64,000 nucleotides of DNA, taken from positions 61,678-125,677 of the forward strand of contig VGXO01000001.1 in NCBI GenBank assembly GCA_016873275.1, written 5' to 3'. A program made the translations under genes and the position numbers. Numbering within the stretch: position 1 is the stretch's first letter; each line of letters opens with the position of its first letter. The notes under the pieces were generated by a model. The model was not told where the DNA came from. It searched no databases and saw nothing but the letters and a program-made list of their open reading frames with translations. The stretch is from Phycisphaerae bacterium. GTDB lineage: Bacteria; Planctomycetota; Phycisphaerae; Phycisphaerales; SM1A02. This document shows, in pieces, positions 1 to 10,918 of this stretch.

Positions 1-644
1 ACCGCCACGCCCTTCCGACCCTTCACGAGCTCCTTGGAGGACTCGGCGATCGCCGCGTCCACCCGCGCCTCGACGAGGGCGTTCCACCTCTCCCACTGCG
101 GGCTCGCCGGGGTCATCGCGCCACGGAGGGTGAGACCCTCGGCGGCGAGGTCGGCGAAGCGGCGGTCGTTGCGGATCGCCATCCAGACGAGGTCGGAGGC
201 ATCGTCGAGCTTCTCGGCCCGCAGCGGATTGACCTCGTCGACGAGGATCACGTCGAGCCCGGTCCGGCGGCTGGCGACGACGGCGGCGAGCCGGTCGAGG
301 TCGCGGCGGACCTTCGCCACGCCGTCCTCGAGCCAGGGTCCTGGATAGTCGGTGAGTCGGCCGCGGACCGCGACGCGGTCCGCCGGCGCCTCGGTGAGCC
401 GCGTCAGCAGGGTGCGGCTCAGCAGCGCCCGGCGTCCCTCCGGCACGCGGCGGAGCTGGTCCGCGAGGTGCTCCTCGGTCGCGCCATCGAGCTCGATCAC
501 CGGCACGAGCCGCGACGACCGGACGCCGGGATCCGTCAGGATCCAGGCGAACGGCTCCTCGGATGCGCCCGCGCCGCCCGCGATGAACGCCGCGCCGAGG
601 ATCATCCCCCACGCGCCACGGCTGCCACTGGTCGAGATCAGCAT
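1..644 (-). CDS. hypothetical exported protein, partial (C-terminus lies left of the window)
   Basis: My own reverse-strand translation from the ATG at about 644 gives MLISTSGSRGAWGMILGAAFIAGGAGAS..., a signal-peptide-like start. It stays open to position 1 with strong G/C third-position bias. It is absent from the ORF track because there is no stop in the window. No family recognised. Confidence 0.45.
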   Translation of the reverse strand, partial: MLISTSGSRGAWGMILGAAFIAGGAGASEEPFAWILTDPGVRSSRLVPVIELDGATEEHLADQLRRVPEGRRALLSRTLLTRLTEAPADRVAVRGRLTDYPGPWLEDGVAKVRRDLDRLAAVVASRRTGLDVILVDEVNPLRAEKLDDASDLVWMAIRNDRRFADLAAEGLTLRGAMTPASPQWERWNALVEARVDAAIAESSKELVKGRKGVA

Positions 645-765
645 GACCGTCTCCTTCCGGGCGGGGTCCGCCCGATTGAACGCCGTCCGGCGAACCACGC
701 CACCCGGCGACCATCGGGAGATCGGTTCTTGGGCACCTCGCGTCCAGTCGCGTCGGCGGAATCCC

Positions 766-1734
766 TCAACCAACCGCGACGACCCGCTCCTCGGGGACGA
801 AGAGGAGGTCCCGGAACCGCCGGGCATCCCCCTCCGAGGAGAGCGGTCGCGGGGGCTCGTGCCCGCGCGGCACGAAGGTCCGGTACCCATCGGGCAGCAG
901 GGCGCGGAACGCCCGAAAGCGGTCGATGTCGCCGAGCTCCACCACGATCCTCGGCCGATCGCGCGCGAGGAGCCGACGTCCGCCGCGGACGACCGCCGCC
1001 TCGTGTCCCTCGACGTCGATCTTGACGAGGTCGACCTCCACGAAGCCCTCACGATCCGCGACGGCGTCGAGGGTGTCGAGGGGGACCGCCACCGAGTCCT
1101 GCGGGGAATCCGCCCCGAGCCGGCTCGCCCCGGAGTGCCCTCGCTCGACCGAGATCGAGGCGGTGCCGGAGCGATCGGAGAGCGCGACGCGATGCACGCG
1201 GACGTGCTCCTCGGCGCCGCTCATGCTGATGTTCCGCACGAGCCGCGCCGCCGTCGTAGGGTTCGGCTCGAAGGCGTGCACCCGCGCGAAGGTCGACCGC
1301 CCGCAGAGCGCATGCAGGCCCGCGTTCGCCCCGACGTCGAGCATGGTTCGACCGCCCTCCCGCACGAGCCTCGCGATCGGCGGCGCGGGATGCCGGAAGA
1401 GGTAGCCGCACTCGGGGCTCTCCGCGAGGTCGAGCTCCATCTCGAACTCCCGATCGGCGAAGCGGAACACCGCCCGCTTCGGGCATCGAGCGCCGAACCG
1501 ACCGAGCCGCGCGCCCTCCCACAGCATCGACCACACGATCGAGACCGAAGGCGTCGGCGCCGCGAGCTCCTCGTCGAGGTCGCGGCGCACGCCGTCGGCG
1601 ATCGACTCGGCGAGGAACCGGAAGTCACGCGGATCGGTCGCCTCGATCAGGATCCCGTGGAGCATCCACTGCACGCGGGGGCGACCGCGGCAGATCCGCC
1701 GCACCGCGCCTCGAAGCAGGGAGCGCATCGACAC
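766..1734 (-). CDS. FkbM-family SAM-dependent methyltransferase
   Basis: 322-aa ORF. MLDVGANAG...FEPNP...VKIDVEGHE pattern is typical of FkbM-type methyltransferases. Confidence 0.8.
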   Translation of the reverse strand: MSMRSLLRGAVRRICRGRPRVQWMLHGILIEATDPRDFRFLAESIADGVRRDLDEELAAPTPSVSIVWSMLWEGARLGRFGARCPKRAVFRFADREFEMELDLAESPECGYLFRHPAPPIARLVREGGRTMLDVGANAGLHALCGRSTFARVHAFEPNPTTAARLVRNISMSGAEEHVRVHRVALSDRSGTASISVERGHSGASRLGADSPQDSVAVPLDTLDAVADREGFVEVDLVKIDVEGHEAAVVRGGRRLLARDRPRIVVELGDIDRFRAFRALLPDGYRTFVPRGHEPPRPLSSEGDARRFRDLLFVPEERVVAVG

Positions 1735-1743
1735 GAGGAGCGC

Positions 1744-2805
1744 CTACTGGTCGTGACCGAGCGAGGCGGGCAGCTCGTGACCGGCGTCGCGGAGCACCTT
1801 CTCGCGCTGGGCGAGCTCGAGGTCATGCTCGACCATCATGCGGGCGAGCTCCTCGACGGAGGTGCGGGGGGTCCAGCCGAGCTTCTGTCGCGCCTTGCTC
1901 GCGTCCCCGAGGAGCTCGTCGACCTCCGCGGGACGGAAGTACTTCGAGTCGATCTCGACGAACTCCTTGAAGTCGAGTCCGAGGTGCGCGAACGCCATCT
2001 CGCCGAACTGCTTGACGGAGATCATCCGGCCCGTCGCGATGACGTAGTCGTCTGGCTCCGGCTGCTGCAGCATCAGCCACATCGCCTCGACGTAGTCCTT
2101 GGCGAAGCCCCAGTCGCGCTGCGCGTCGCAGTTGCCGAGATAGAGCCGCTTCTGAAGCCCGAGCTTGATGCGGCCGGCGGCGCGGGTGATCTTGCGGGTC
2201 ACGAACGTCTCGCCGCGGCGGGGACTCTCGTGGTTGAAGAGGATGCCGCTCGAAGCGTGCATCCCGTAGCTCTCCCGGTAGTTGACGGTGATCCAGTGCC
2301 CGAAGACCTTCGCGGCGCCGTAGGGCGAGCGCGGGTGGAACGGGGTCGTCTCCCTCTGCGGCACCTCGCGGACCTTGCCGAACATCTCCGAGCTCGACGC
2401 CTGGTAGTAGCGGACCTGCTTGCCGCTCCACTCCTGGTAGGAGCGAAGCGCCTCGAGCACCCGCAGCGTCCCGAGGGCATCGACGTCGGCGGTGAAGATC
2501 GGCTGGTCGAAGGAGACCCGCACGTGGCTCTGGGCGCCGAGGTTGTAGACCTCGTCGGGCTTGGTCTGCTGGAAGAGGCGGCTCAGGCCGTTGCCGTCGG
2601 TGAGGTCGCCGTAGTGGAGGAAGAGCCGGGCGCCGCGCTCGTGGGGGTCGCGGTAGAGGTGATCGATGCGGGCGGTGTTGAAGGACGCGGAGCGGCGGAT
2701 GACGCCATGGACCTCGTAGCCCTTCTCGAGCAGGAGCTCCGCGAGGTAGCTCCCGTCCTGCCCGGTGATGCCGGTGATGATCGCGCGACGGGAGGAACGC
2801 TGCAT
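1744..2805 (-). CDS. gmd: GDP-mannose 4,6-dehydratase
   Basis: C-terminal 353 aa of the 434-aa ORF, trimmed to the in-frame ATG ([34 protein letters not shown]...). The pattern is Gmd-like along the whole length. Confidence 0.93.
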   Translation of the reverse strand: MQRSSRRAIITGITGQDGSYLAELLLEKGYEVHGVIRRSASFNTARIDHLYRDPHERGARLFLHYGDLTDGNGLSRLFQQTKPDEVYNLGAQSHVRVSFDQPIFTADVDALGTLRVLEALRSYQEWSGKQVRYYQASSSEMFGKVREVPQRETTPFHPRSPYGAAKVFGHWITVNYRESYGMHASSGILFNHESPRRGETFVTRKITRAAGRIKLGLQKRLYLGNCDAQRDWGFAKDYVEAMWLMLQQPEPDDYVIATGRMISVKQFGEMAFAHLGLDFKEFVEIDSKYFRPAEVDELLGDASKARQKLGWTPRTSVEELARMMVEHDLELAQREKVLRDAGHELPASLGHDQ

Positions 2806-3010
2806 CGAGGGTCGAGCTCCGGGGACGGACTGGTCGGAGGGTCGCCGCCTCGGCGACGCCCGCGTTCGTTCCATATCGGCGAATCGCGCAGGATCATCGC
2901 TCTTCCGGGCCTGGGAACCCGAACCTCCGCCCGGATGGAGAGTTCCGCTGCGGGCACGGCCGCGGCGCGCCGATAACCCACCGGAAGTCCACCGATCGAG
3001 CGGAGACCCC

Positions 3011-3961
3011 ATGAGCCTCGACCTCGCGAGCCAGCGGATCGTCGTCACCGGAGGCGCCGGCTTCCTCGGTCATGCGGTGCTCGAGCGCCTCGCCGCCCGC
3101 GGCGCCGCGTCGCCGATCGTCCCCCGCCGCCGGGAGTACGACCTCACCCACGAGGCGGACGCCGCCCGCCTCTACGCCGACCATCGCCCCGACGTGGTCA
3201 TCCACCTCGCCGCCGAGGTCGGCGGGATCGGCGCGAACCGGGCGAACCCCGGGCGCTACTTCTTCGCCAACATGGCGATGGCGCTCCACCTCATCGAGCA
3301 GGCGAGGATCCACCGCCTCCGGAAGTTCGTGCAGGTGGGCACCATCTGCGCGTACCCGAAGTTCGCGCCGGTCCCCTTCCGCGAGGAGGACCTCTGGAAC
3401 GGCTACCCCGAGGAGACCAACGCCCCATACGGGGTCGCCAAGAAGGCGGCGATGGTGATGCTCGACGGCTACCAGCGCCAGTACGGGCTCCCCAGCGCGT
3501 ACCTGCTGCCGGTCAACCTCTACGGTCCGCGCGACAACTTCGACCTCGAGACCTCGCACGTCATCCCCGCGCTCATCCGCAAGTGCGAGACCGCGCGGCG
3601 GGAGGGTCGCCCCTTCATCGAGTGCTGGGGCACCGGCTCGGCGAGCCGCGAGTTCCTCTACGTGGACGACGCCGCCGAGGGAATCGTCCGCGCCGCCGAG
3701 GCGATGGAGGAGCCGGAGCCGATCAACCTCGGCACCAACATGGAGATCTCGATCCGCGACCTCGTCGCGCTGATCGCCCGGCTCGTCGGGTTCCATGGCG
3801 AGATCCGCTGGGACCCCACCAAGCCCGACGGCCAGCCGCGGCGATGCCTCGACGTGACGCGGGCGCGAGAGCGGCTCGGCTGGACCGCGCGGGTCGGCTT
3901 CGAGGAGGGACTCCGGCGGACCATCGAGTGGTGGCGGTCGGCGGGAGAGCGTCGGGCATGA
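3011..3961 (+). CDS. fcl: GDP-L-fucose synthase (GDP-4-keto-6-deoxymannose epimerase/reductase)
   Basis: Trimmed to [20 protein letters not shown].... Extended-SDR pattern with ...[11 protein letters not shown]... and ...REFLYVDD.... Divergent from gmd. Confidence 0.88.
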   Translation: MSLDLASQRIVVTGGAGFLGHAVLERLAARGAASPIVPRRREYDLTHEADAARLYADHRPDVVIHLAAEVGGIGANRANPGRYFFANMAMALHLIEQARIHRLRKFVQVGTICAYPKFAPVPFREEDLWNGYPEETNAPYGVAKKAAMVMLDGYQRQYGLPSAYLLPVNLYGPRDNFDLETSHVIPALIRKCETARREGRPFIECWGTGSASREFLYVDDAAEGIVRAAEAMEEPEPINLGTNMEISIRDLVALIARLVGFHGEIRWDPTKPDGQPRRCLDVTRARERLGWTARVGFEEGLRRTIEWWRSAGERRA

Positions 3962-5208
3962 GCGAGGCGGCGAGCGGCGCCCCGAGCGTCCTCATCATCA
4001 ATCAGTACTACGTCCCCGACGTCGCGTCGACGGGCCACCTCCTGCACGAGCTCGCGACCGAGATGGCCCGATCGGGTCGGTCGGTCAGCGTGACCACCTG
4101 CTTTCCTTCCTACGGCCCGCCCGAGACCTGGCAGGCGTGCCCGTCGCGCGAGGTGGCGGCGGGCGTCTCGGTGCGGCGGATGTGGACGACGCGGTTCAGC
4201 AAGGATCGGCTGCTCGGTCGACTGGTGAACTCGATCACGTTCCTGCTCCCGCTCGCGGTGCGGCAGTTCCTTCGACCTCGCTCCGCGGAGATCTGCCTCT
4301 ACACGAGCAATCCGCCCTACCTCGGCGTCATCGGCGGACTCGTGAGCCTCGCGAGGCGGCATCCCTACGTCGTGCTGCTGCACGACTCCTATCCCCACAT
4401 GCCGACGCTCCTCGGGAAGATCCGGCGGGGCGGACGGCTCGAGCGGGCGTGGCACCGCATGAACCGGCTGATGTACGGTCGCGCCCGCGGCACCATCGTC
4501 CTCTGCCGGCGGGCGAAGGAGCTGGTGTGTCGGGAGTACGGGCTCGATCCGGCGAAGGTCCACGTCGTCCACAACTGGGCCGATCCCGCCGCGCTTCGAC
4601 CCGTGCCGAAGCGGGACACCGCCTTCGCCCGGACGCACGGGCTCGTCGAGCCGTTCACCATCCTCTACTCCGGAAACCTCGGGCTCTACTACGACTTCGA
4701 CACGCTGCTCTCGGCGGCGGAGCGACTCTCCGGCGAGCCGTTCCGGCTCGTCCTGATCGGCGCGGGCGGCAAGCGGCAGCACCTCGCCGACGAGATCCGG
4801 CGGCGCCGGCTCTCGAACGTGCTGATGTTGCCCTACCAGCCGTTCGAGACGCTGAACGACAGCCTCAACGCCTGCGACGCGTCGCTCGTGACGATCGCCC
4901 CGGGCATCGAGGGGATCTCCTTCCCCTCGAAGCTCTACTCCTCGCTCGCGGCGGGCAAGCCGATCCTCGCGCTAGGCGAGCCCGGCTCGGAGCTCGAGGA
5001 GGTCGTGCGCGGCGCCGACTGCGGCGAGTGGTGCCGCGTGGGCGACGTGGACGCGGTGGTGGCGGCGGTCCGAAGGCTCATGGCGGATCCCGCCCGCGCC
5101 GAGGCGATGGGGCGACGCGCCCGCCGCGCGCTCGAGGAGAAGTTCACCCTCGGCTCCGCGACGCGGCGCTACGAGGAGATCCTCGACGCCGCGACGCGAC
5201 CGGAGTGA
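3958..5208 (+). CDS. GT4-family glycosyltransferase (WcaI-like)
   Basis: The ATG overlaps the fcl stop (ATGA). [33 protein letters not shown]... N-terminus, plus a C-terminal GT1/GT4 EX7E-type region. Confidence 0.85.
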   Translation: MSEAASGAPSVLIINQYYVPDVASTGHLLHELATEMARSGRSVSVTTCFPSYGPPETWQACPSREVAAGVSVRRMWTTRFSKDRLLGRLVNSITFLLPLAVRQFLRPRSAEICLYTSNPPYLGVIGGLVSLARRHPYVVLLHDSYPHMPTLLGKIRRGGRLERAWHRMNRLMYGRARGTIVLCRRAKELVCREYGLDPAKVHVVHNWADPAALRPVPKRDTAFARTHGLVEPFTILYSGNLGLYYDFDTLLSAAERLSGEPFRLVLIGAGGKRQHLADEIRRRRLSNVLMLPYQPFETLNDSLNACDASLVTIAPGIEGISFPSKLYSSLAAGKPILALGEPGSELEEVVRGADCGEWCRVGDVDAVVAAVRRLMADPARAEAMGRRARRALEEKFTLGSATRRYEEILDAATRPE

Positions 5209-5226
5209 GGATCGACGCGGTCGGGT

Positions 5227-6255
5227 TCAGGTCGAGGGGAACCGCCTCACCTCCGCGGGAGGCTGGCGCCACGTCACCGCGCGGTCCTTGCCCTCCGCGA
5301 GGTACCACTCCGCCATGCGCCGGATGCCCTCGCGGATCGAGACGCGGGAGCGGAATCCGGCGGCGGCGAGCTTCTCCGCCTCGAAGAGCGTCTCCATCTG
5401 GAAGAGCTTCCGGACCCGCATCGAGGAGACCGGCAGGTTCCAGCCGGTGAGGGCGATGACGAGGTCGAACGGCCTCGCGGCGAGCAGCACGAGCCACATC
5501 GGAAGCCGAACGCCCGCGGAGCGTCGGCCCAGCGCATCCGCCACCGCCTGGGCGATCTCGCGGCTCTTGAGGTCGGGCTTCTCGACGAAGTTGAAGACGT
5601 CGAAGCCCTCGCCGTGCCTCGCCCAGAGGTGCATGGTCGCGTCGACGAGGTTCTCGACGTAGGCGAGGCTCTTTCGGTTCACGCCGTCCCCGGCGACCAC
5701 GAACCGTCGCCGGTGGATCTGCCGGATGAGCGAGTACATGTTCGCGAGGTTGCGCGGTCCGAAGCAGATGGTCGGTCGGATGACGAGCGCCGAGCGCCCG
5801 CCGCCGAGCGCCGCCCACTCGCGCCAGACCGCCTCGCCGGCGAGCTTCGACGCGCCGTAGAAGTTGTTCGGTCGCGGCGTCGACTGCTCGTCGCGTGGCG
5901 CCGGGCAGTCGCCGTAGACCGCCACCGACGAGAACCAGCACGCCCGCCGGATGCCGCAGGCGTCGAGCGCCTCGCAGGTCAGCCGCGAGGCGTGCTCGTT
6001 GACGCCGAAGTAGGTCGCCTCGTCGATCCCGAAGTCGTGGTGCGCCGCGGCGAGGGCGAGCACCGCGTCCTGACCGGCGAACGCCCGACGGAGCGCGTCC
6101 GGATCGCGCACGTCGCCCTGCACGAAGCGGGTGACCCGCGAGCCGGGAGAGGGCGGATGCAGGTCAAGCGCGGTGACCTCCGCGCCCTCGCGCAGGAGGC
6201 GCTCCGTGAACCACTCCCCGATGAAGCCGGTGCCTCCCGTGATGCAGATCTTCAT
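5227..6255 (-). CDS. NAD-dependent epimerase/dehydratase
   Basis: Trimmed to MKICITGGTGFIGEW... (GxxGxxG). A YGASK (YxxxK) motif is present. Confidence 0.85.
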   Translation of the reverse strand: MKICITGGTGFIGEWFTERLLREGAEVTALDLHPPSPGSRVTRFVQGDVRDPDALRRAFAGQDAVLALAAAHHDFGIDEATYFGVNEHASRLTCEALDACGIRRACWFSSVAVYGDCPAPRDEQSTPRPNNFYGASKLAGEAVWREWAALGGGRSALVIRPTICFGPRNLANMYSLIRQIHRRRFVVAGDGVNRKSLAYVENLVDATMHLWARHGEGFDVFNFVEKPDLKSREIAQAVADALGRRSAGVRLPMWLVLLAARPFDLVIALTGWNLPVSSMRVRKLFQMETLFEAEKLAAAGFRSRVSIREGIRRMAEWYLAEGKDRAVTWRQPPAEVRRFPST

Positions 6256-6400
6256 GGACCGGTCTGAGGGGCGTGCGGGACGACGAGACGACGACGGCGG
6301 TCCCCCGGACCCGAGGCGACGACGCCTCGGACCATCATCATCGGTCCGAACGGATCTCCGCCTGCGGCGGATCGCCCCGCCAAGGATCGATCGACCGCGT

Positions 6401-7291
6401 TCAGGGACCACTTCCCGCGGCGGACTGCTCGATCTCGACCACCTTGAGGTCGATCAGGAGCTCGTAGGAGGAGATGAAGAGGCAGAACCGCCAGCCCGCG
6501 AGCCCGTCGAGGAATCCGAGGCGGAGGACGTACATGTGCAGGAAGCGGAAGAGCCACCGCGCGGGCAGGCGGGGGTAGATCCGCTCCTTGAACCAGCGGC
6601 GCCGGGCGATGGGTCCGCCGAGCCCGCGGGCGCCGGCGGCGGTCGCCTCGCCCCGGCGGAGGCGGACGATCTCCCGCGCCTCGAGGGTCGAGTAGCGGTT
6701 GTGCTTCGCCATGTACGCCTCGAGCCCGCGTCGATCGTGGTGCTCGAGGTGCCCGCGCAGGCGCCCGGCGTCGCCATCGACCACCATGTGCTCGTGGACC
6801 TCGCGCTCCTCGTACCGCGCCCGCCCGCGGCGGAAGAAGCGGAGGTTCCAGCTCGGGTAGTAGCCGCAGTGGCGGATGCGCCGACCGAGGAACACGAAGT
6901 AGCGGTTGATCCAGAATCCCTGCGGACCGGACTCGTCGGGCGGTCGCGACGCGACCGCGAGGAGCTCGTCGCGGAGCTCCGGAAGCACCACCTCGTCCGC
7001 GTCGAGGATGAGGATCCAGTCCGAGGAGAGCGGCAGGTGCCCGAGCGCCCAGTTCTTCTGCCGCGCGTAGCCAAGCCACTCCTTGGACGTGACCTCCGCG
7101 CCGAGCGAGCGGGCAAGCTCGATCGAGCCATCGGTCGAGCCGGAATCGACCACGTGCACGCGGTCCGCCCAGGCGATCACGCTGCCGAGCGAGTGCGGGA
7201 GGTTCACGACCTCGTCGCGCACGATCATCACGACCTCGACGTTGCTGCGTCGGGCGTCGCCGGAGCCGGGCGTTCTCGAGGTTCGTTCCAT
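6401..7291 (-). CDS. GT2-family glycosyltransferase
   Basis: C-terminal part of the 731-aa fused ORF, trimmed to MERTSRT.... Contains VVMIVRDE...VVDSGSTDGS...ILILDADE (DxD) and a ...AKHNRYSTLEA tail. Confidence 0.85.
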   Translation of the reverse strand: MERTSRTPGSGDARRSNVEVVMIVRDEVVNLPHSLGSVIAWADRVHVVDSGSTDGSIELARSLGAEVTSKEWLGYARQKNWALGHLPLSSDWILILDADEVVLPELRDELLAVASRPPDESGPQGFWINRYFVFLGRRIRHCGYYPSWNLRFFRRGRARYEEREVHEHMVVDGDAGRLRGHLEHHDRRGLEAYMAKHNRYSTLEAREIVRLRRGEATAAGARGLGGPIARRRWFKERIYPRLPARWLFRFLHMYVLRLGFLDGLAGWRFCLFISSYELLIDLKVVEIEQSAAGSGP

Positions 7292-7344
7292 GCCGGGACC
7301 CGCCGGTCTATCGACCGTTCGCTCGCGGGCGTTCCAGCGGTCGA

Positions 7345-8493
7345 TCAGGTCGCCCGCCGCGCGGCGAGGGCGGCGAGGTCCGCGAGGTGGCGCGCCGCGA
7401 GCGCCCCGACCGAGAACCCCTGCATGTGCTCCGCCGCCCGTCGACCGAGGCGCGATCGAAGCGCTGGATCGTCGAGCAGGCGCCGCAGCCGGTCGGCAAG
7501 CGCCCGCGTCGCCTCGTCGTCTGCGAGCCCGAGCGGGACCGCGAGCCCGTGCTCGCCGTCGACGACGACCCCCGCGTACTGCGGAAGCGCCGCGACCACG
7601 GGGGCGAGCCCGCACGCCATCGCCTCGAGTGGCGCGACCGGGAGCGCCTCGCCCTCGGCGGCGGTGGAGGGATAGGCGTAGAGGTCGGCGCCGCGCAGCT
7701 CCTCCGCGAGCGCCCGCGGGTCGGCGACCGCCCCGACGAGCTCGATCTCCGAGCCTCGCGCGAGCGCCCGCAGCCGTTCGATCAGCGGGGCGCCGCCGCC
7801 GCCCGCCTCGCGCGAGCTCGGACCGACGAGGCGCAGGCGGACGCGCCTTCCCTCGTCGAGGAGCCGCCGCCACGCCGCGACGAGGAGATCGAGCCGCTTC
7901 TCGGGGTGCAGCCGTCCCGTATAGAGAAGGACGGGAGGATCGCCCGTCGCCCGGGGCGGCGAGGGGGGTCGGAAGACCTCGAGGTCGACCGGGTTGGGCA
8001 GGACGCGGATCCTCTCCGAGAGCGCCGGCTGCTCGGCGGAGATCGCATCGGCGATCGCCCGCGAGACGGTCGAGATCGAGTCGACCCGCGCGTAGAGGCG
8101 CATCTGTCCCTTGGGGAAGCGCTGGACGTGGACCTCGAGGACGCCGAGGCGCCGCCGCGCGGAGGGACCGCCGAGGAGCCACGGGAGCCACACGCAGTTG
8201 GTGATCGTGACGTCCGCGTCCGGCAGGAGCCACCGGGCGCGTCGCGACCAGAAGAAGTCGCGGAGGACGTCGCGCCACAGCCGACCCGAGCGGTCGAGGA
8301 GGGGCATCCGGCGGTAGGACACGCCCTCCCATCCATCGCCTCGCGGAAGGTCGGGGTGGTCGGCGCCCACCACCGTCACCGCGTGCCCGCGCCGCGCGAG
8401 CTCGCGCGCGATCGACCACCAGACCTTCTCGACGGCGCCGCTCGGCGCGGGCGGCGGGGGCTTGAAGGGACCTAGGACGATGGTGAGGCGCAT
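7345..8493 (-). CDS. GT1/GT4-family glycosyltransferase
   Basis: 382-aa ORF starting MRLTIVLGPFKPPPPAPSGAVEKVWW.... C-terminal ...YPSTAAEGEALPVAPLEAMACG... matches a retaining-GT signature. Confidence 0.85.
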   Translation of the reverse strand: MRLTIVLGPFKPPPPAPSGAVEKVWWSIARELARRGHAVTVVGADHPDLPRGDGWEGVSYRRMPLLDRSGRLWRDVLRDFFWSRRARWLLPDADVTITNCVWLPWLLGGPSARRRLGVLEVHVQRFPKGQMRLYARVDSISTVSRAIADAISAEQPALSERIRVLPNPVDLEVFRPPSPPRATGDPPVLLYTGRLHPEKRLDLLVAAWRRLLDEGRRVRLRLVGPSSREAGGGGAPLIERLRALARGSEIELVGAVADPRALAEELRGADLYAYPSTAAEGEALPVAPLEAMACGLAPVVAALPQYAGVVVDGEHGLAVPLGLADDEATRALADRLRRLLDDPALRSRLGRRAAEHMQGFSVGALAARHLADLAALAARRAT

Positions 8494-8564
8494 GCGGAGG
8501 CGCGATCCCGTGGCGCGGGCAGCATACGGGGTGCGTCCGACCGGACCCCACTACGATCCGCGGC

Positions 8565-10094
8565 GTGCCGACGCTGAGGCTCCACAACTCGCTCACCCGC
8601 GCGACGGAGGCGTTCGCGCCCGCCGCCGGTCCGGGCGGACCCGTCCTCTTCTACACCTGCGGCCCGACCGTCTACGACGACGCGCACGTGGGGAACTTCC
8701 GGGCGTTCCTCGCGGCGGACGTCCTGCGCCGAACGCTCGAGCTCCTCGGGCACCGCGTCGAGCACGTGATGAACATCACCGACGTCGGGCACATGACCGA
8801 GGACGACCGCGCCGACGGCGGCGGCGAGGACAAGATGGCGGTCGCCGGGCGGCGCCTCCTCGAGGCGAAGAAGGCGGGCACGCTCCCGCCGGGGGCGAGC
8901 GTCGATCCCTCCGATCCGCTCGCGATCGCGGACTTCTACGCGTCGCGATTCCTCGAGGACGCGCGGCGCCTCGGCGTGAAGGTCGCGGAGGAGCAGGCGT
9001 CGGATCCCTCGCTCATGCCGCGACCGACCCGCTTCATCCCGCAGATGATCGACCTCGTCGAGCGCCTCGTCGCGCGAGGCGCGGCGTACGTCGCCGCCGA
9101 TGGCGCCGTCTACTTCGACGTGCAGTCCTTCCCGGAGTACGGGCGCCTGAGCGGCAACACCCTCGAGGCGCTCCGGGCGGGGGAGGGCGGTCGCGTGAGC
9201 GAGGCGAACCAGTCGGTGAAGCGCCACCCCGCGGACTTCCTGCTCTGGAAGCCCGACCCGCGGCACCTCATGCGCTGGCAAAGCCCCTGGGGCGAGGGCT
9301 ATCCCGGCTGGCACCTCGAGTGCTCGGCGATGGCGGCGGCGCGGCTCGGCGCGGAGATCGACCTCCACTCGGGCGGCGAGGACAACGTCTTCCCGCACCA
9401 CGAGTGCGAGATCGCCCAGACCTGCTGCGGCTACGGCGTGAAGCGGCTCGCGCGGCACTGGTTCCACGTGCGGCACCTCTTCGTCGAGGGCGCGAAGATG
9501 AGCAAGAGCCGCGGCAACTTCCTCACCGCGCGGGACCTCTTCGCCCGCGGCGCGACGCCCGCGATGCTTCGCCTCGAGCTGATCCGCACGCACTACCGCG
9601 CGAACGCGAACTTCACGCTGCAGGGGCTCGAGGATTGCCGCCGCCAGGTCGAGCGCTGGATCCGCCTCGACGCCGCGCTCGCCGCGGCGTCTTCCGCGGC
9701 GCCCGATCCCGCCGCGCCCGCGGGACCGCTCGAGCGCGGGCTCGGCGAGTTCGTCGAGGCGCTCTGCGACGACCTCAACGTCGCCGCCGCGGTCGCGGCG
9801 CTCAACCGCGCGGCGGGGGAGGACCGCGGCGCCGCGTGCCCGGCGCGCGAGCGGGCGGCGCTTCGCCGCATGGACTCGGTGCTCTCGGTCCTCGACCGGC
9901 ACGAGGCGCCCGCCGCGGAGGCCGACCTCGCCGCGCGGATCGCCCCGATCCTCGACGCCCGCGGCGAGGCGCGCCGCCGCAAGGACTGGAAGGAGAGCGA
10001 CCGCCTGCGCGACGAGCTCCTCGCGATGGGCGTCGAGGTGAAGGACTCGGCGGGCGGCACGACCTGGTCGCGGCGGATCGGCGGCGGTGGCTGA
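8565..10094 (+). CDS. cysS: cysteine--tRNA ligase
   Basis: 509 aa. Contains CGPTVYDDAHVGNFR (HIGH-type motif) and KMSKSRGNF. Confidence 0.95.
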   Translation: MPTLRLHNSLTRATEAFAPAAGPGGPVLFYTCGPTVYDDAHVGNFRAFLAADVLRRTLELLGHRVEHVMNITDVGHMTEDDRADGGGEDKMAVAGRRLLEAKKAGTLPPGASVDPSDPLAIADFYASRFLEDARRLGVKVAEEQASDPSLMPRPTRFIPQMIDLVERLVARGAAYVAADGAVYFDVQSFPEYGRLSGNTLEALRAGEGGRVSEANQSVKRHPADFLLWKPDPRHLMRWQSPWGEGYPGWHLECSAMAAARLGAEIDLHSGGEDNVFPHHECEIAQTCCGYGVKRLARHWFHVRHLFVEGAKMSKSRGNFLTARDLFARGATPAMLRLELIRTHYRANANFTLQGLEDCRRQVERWIRLDAALAAASSAAPDPAAPAGPLERGLGEFVEALCDDLNVAAAVAALNRAAGEDRGAACPARERAALRRMDSVLSVLDRHEAPAAEADLAARIAPILDARGEARRRKDWKESDRLRDELLAMGVEVKDSAGGTTWSRRIGGGG

Positions 10095-10722
10095 CCCCGC
10101 GGCGAGGCGCGGCGGACCTCCGGTGATCGGCCTCGCCGGCTCGATCGGCGCCGGCAAGAGCACCGTCGCGGCGATCCTCGCCGAGGCAGGCTGCGTGGTG
10201 AGCGACAGCGACCGCCTCGCCCGCGAGGTCCTCGCCGATCCCGCCTGCGCCGCCGAGCTCGCCTCGTGGTGGGGACCCTCGGTCCTCGACGCCTCGGGCG
10301 CGGTCGACCGGGCGGCGGTCGCCCGGATCGTCTTCGCGCGACCCGAGGAGCGGACGCGGCTCGAGCGGCTCGTCCATCCCCGCATCCACGAGCGGCGAGC
10401 GAGGGCGTTCGCCGCCGCGCCTCCGGGCACGCCCGCGCTCGTGATCGATGCCCCCCTCCTCTTCGAGGTCGGGCTCGACCGGGAGTGCGACCGGACGATC
10501 CTCGTGGACGCCCCCCGCGAGCTCCGCCTCGCGAGGGTTCGGTCGTCGCGGGGCTGGGACGAGGCGGAGCTCCGCCGCCGGGAGGAGTCGCAGTGGCCCC
10601 TTGACCGCAAGCGACGCGCCGCCCATCATGTGCTCGTCAACGACGCGGACCTCGCGTCGCTGCGGACGCGGGTGCTCGACCTGCTGCGTCGGATCCACGC
10701 CGAACGACAGGTCGCGTCCTGA
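10087..10722 (+). CDS. coaE: dephospho-CoA kinase
   Basis: 211 aa with [15 protein letters not shown]-loop and a typical CoaE layout. Its GTG start overlaps the cysS end. Confidence 0.85.
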   Translation: MADPAARRGGPPVIGLAGSIGAGKSTVAAILAEAGCVVSDSDRLAREVLADPACAAELASWWGPSVLDASGAVDRAAVARIVFARPEERTRLERLVHPRIHERRARAFAAAPPGTPALVIDAPLLFEVGLDRECDRTILVDAPRELRLARVRSSRGWDEAELRRREESQWPLDRKRRAAHHVLVNDADLASLRTRVLDLLRRIHAERQVAS

Positions 10723-10918
10723 GCCACGGTCGAAGTCGTGCCCGGCGAGGAGTGATCGGCAGGAGCCGGTCATCGCCGGGACGCCTCGAGCGGGCGCGTC
10801 CGAGGAACCATCCCTCTCCGCGAGCAGCATCGACCGCGCGGAGAAGCACCCACCTCGCCTTCATTCCTCGAGTCGGCGCCCCGCGCCGACCTCCCATCCG
10901 AGGCGGATCCATCCGCCC

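Noticed and set aside
352-2976. 874-aa plus-strand ORF spanning the methyltransferase and gmd region
   Set aside because: It lies antisense to two genes with clear family signatures. The translation is Arg/Ala/Gly/Pro-rich low complexity, as expected for open antisense frames in high-GC DNA.
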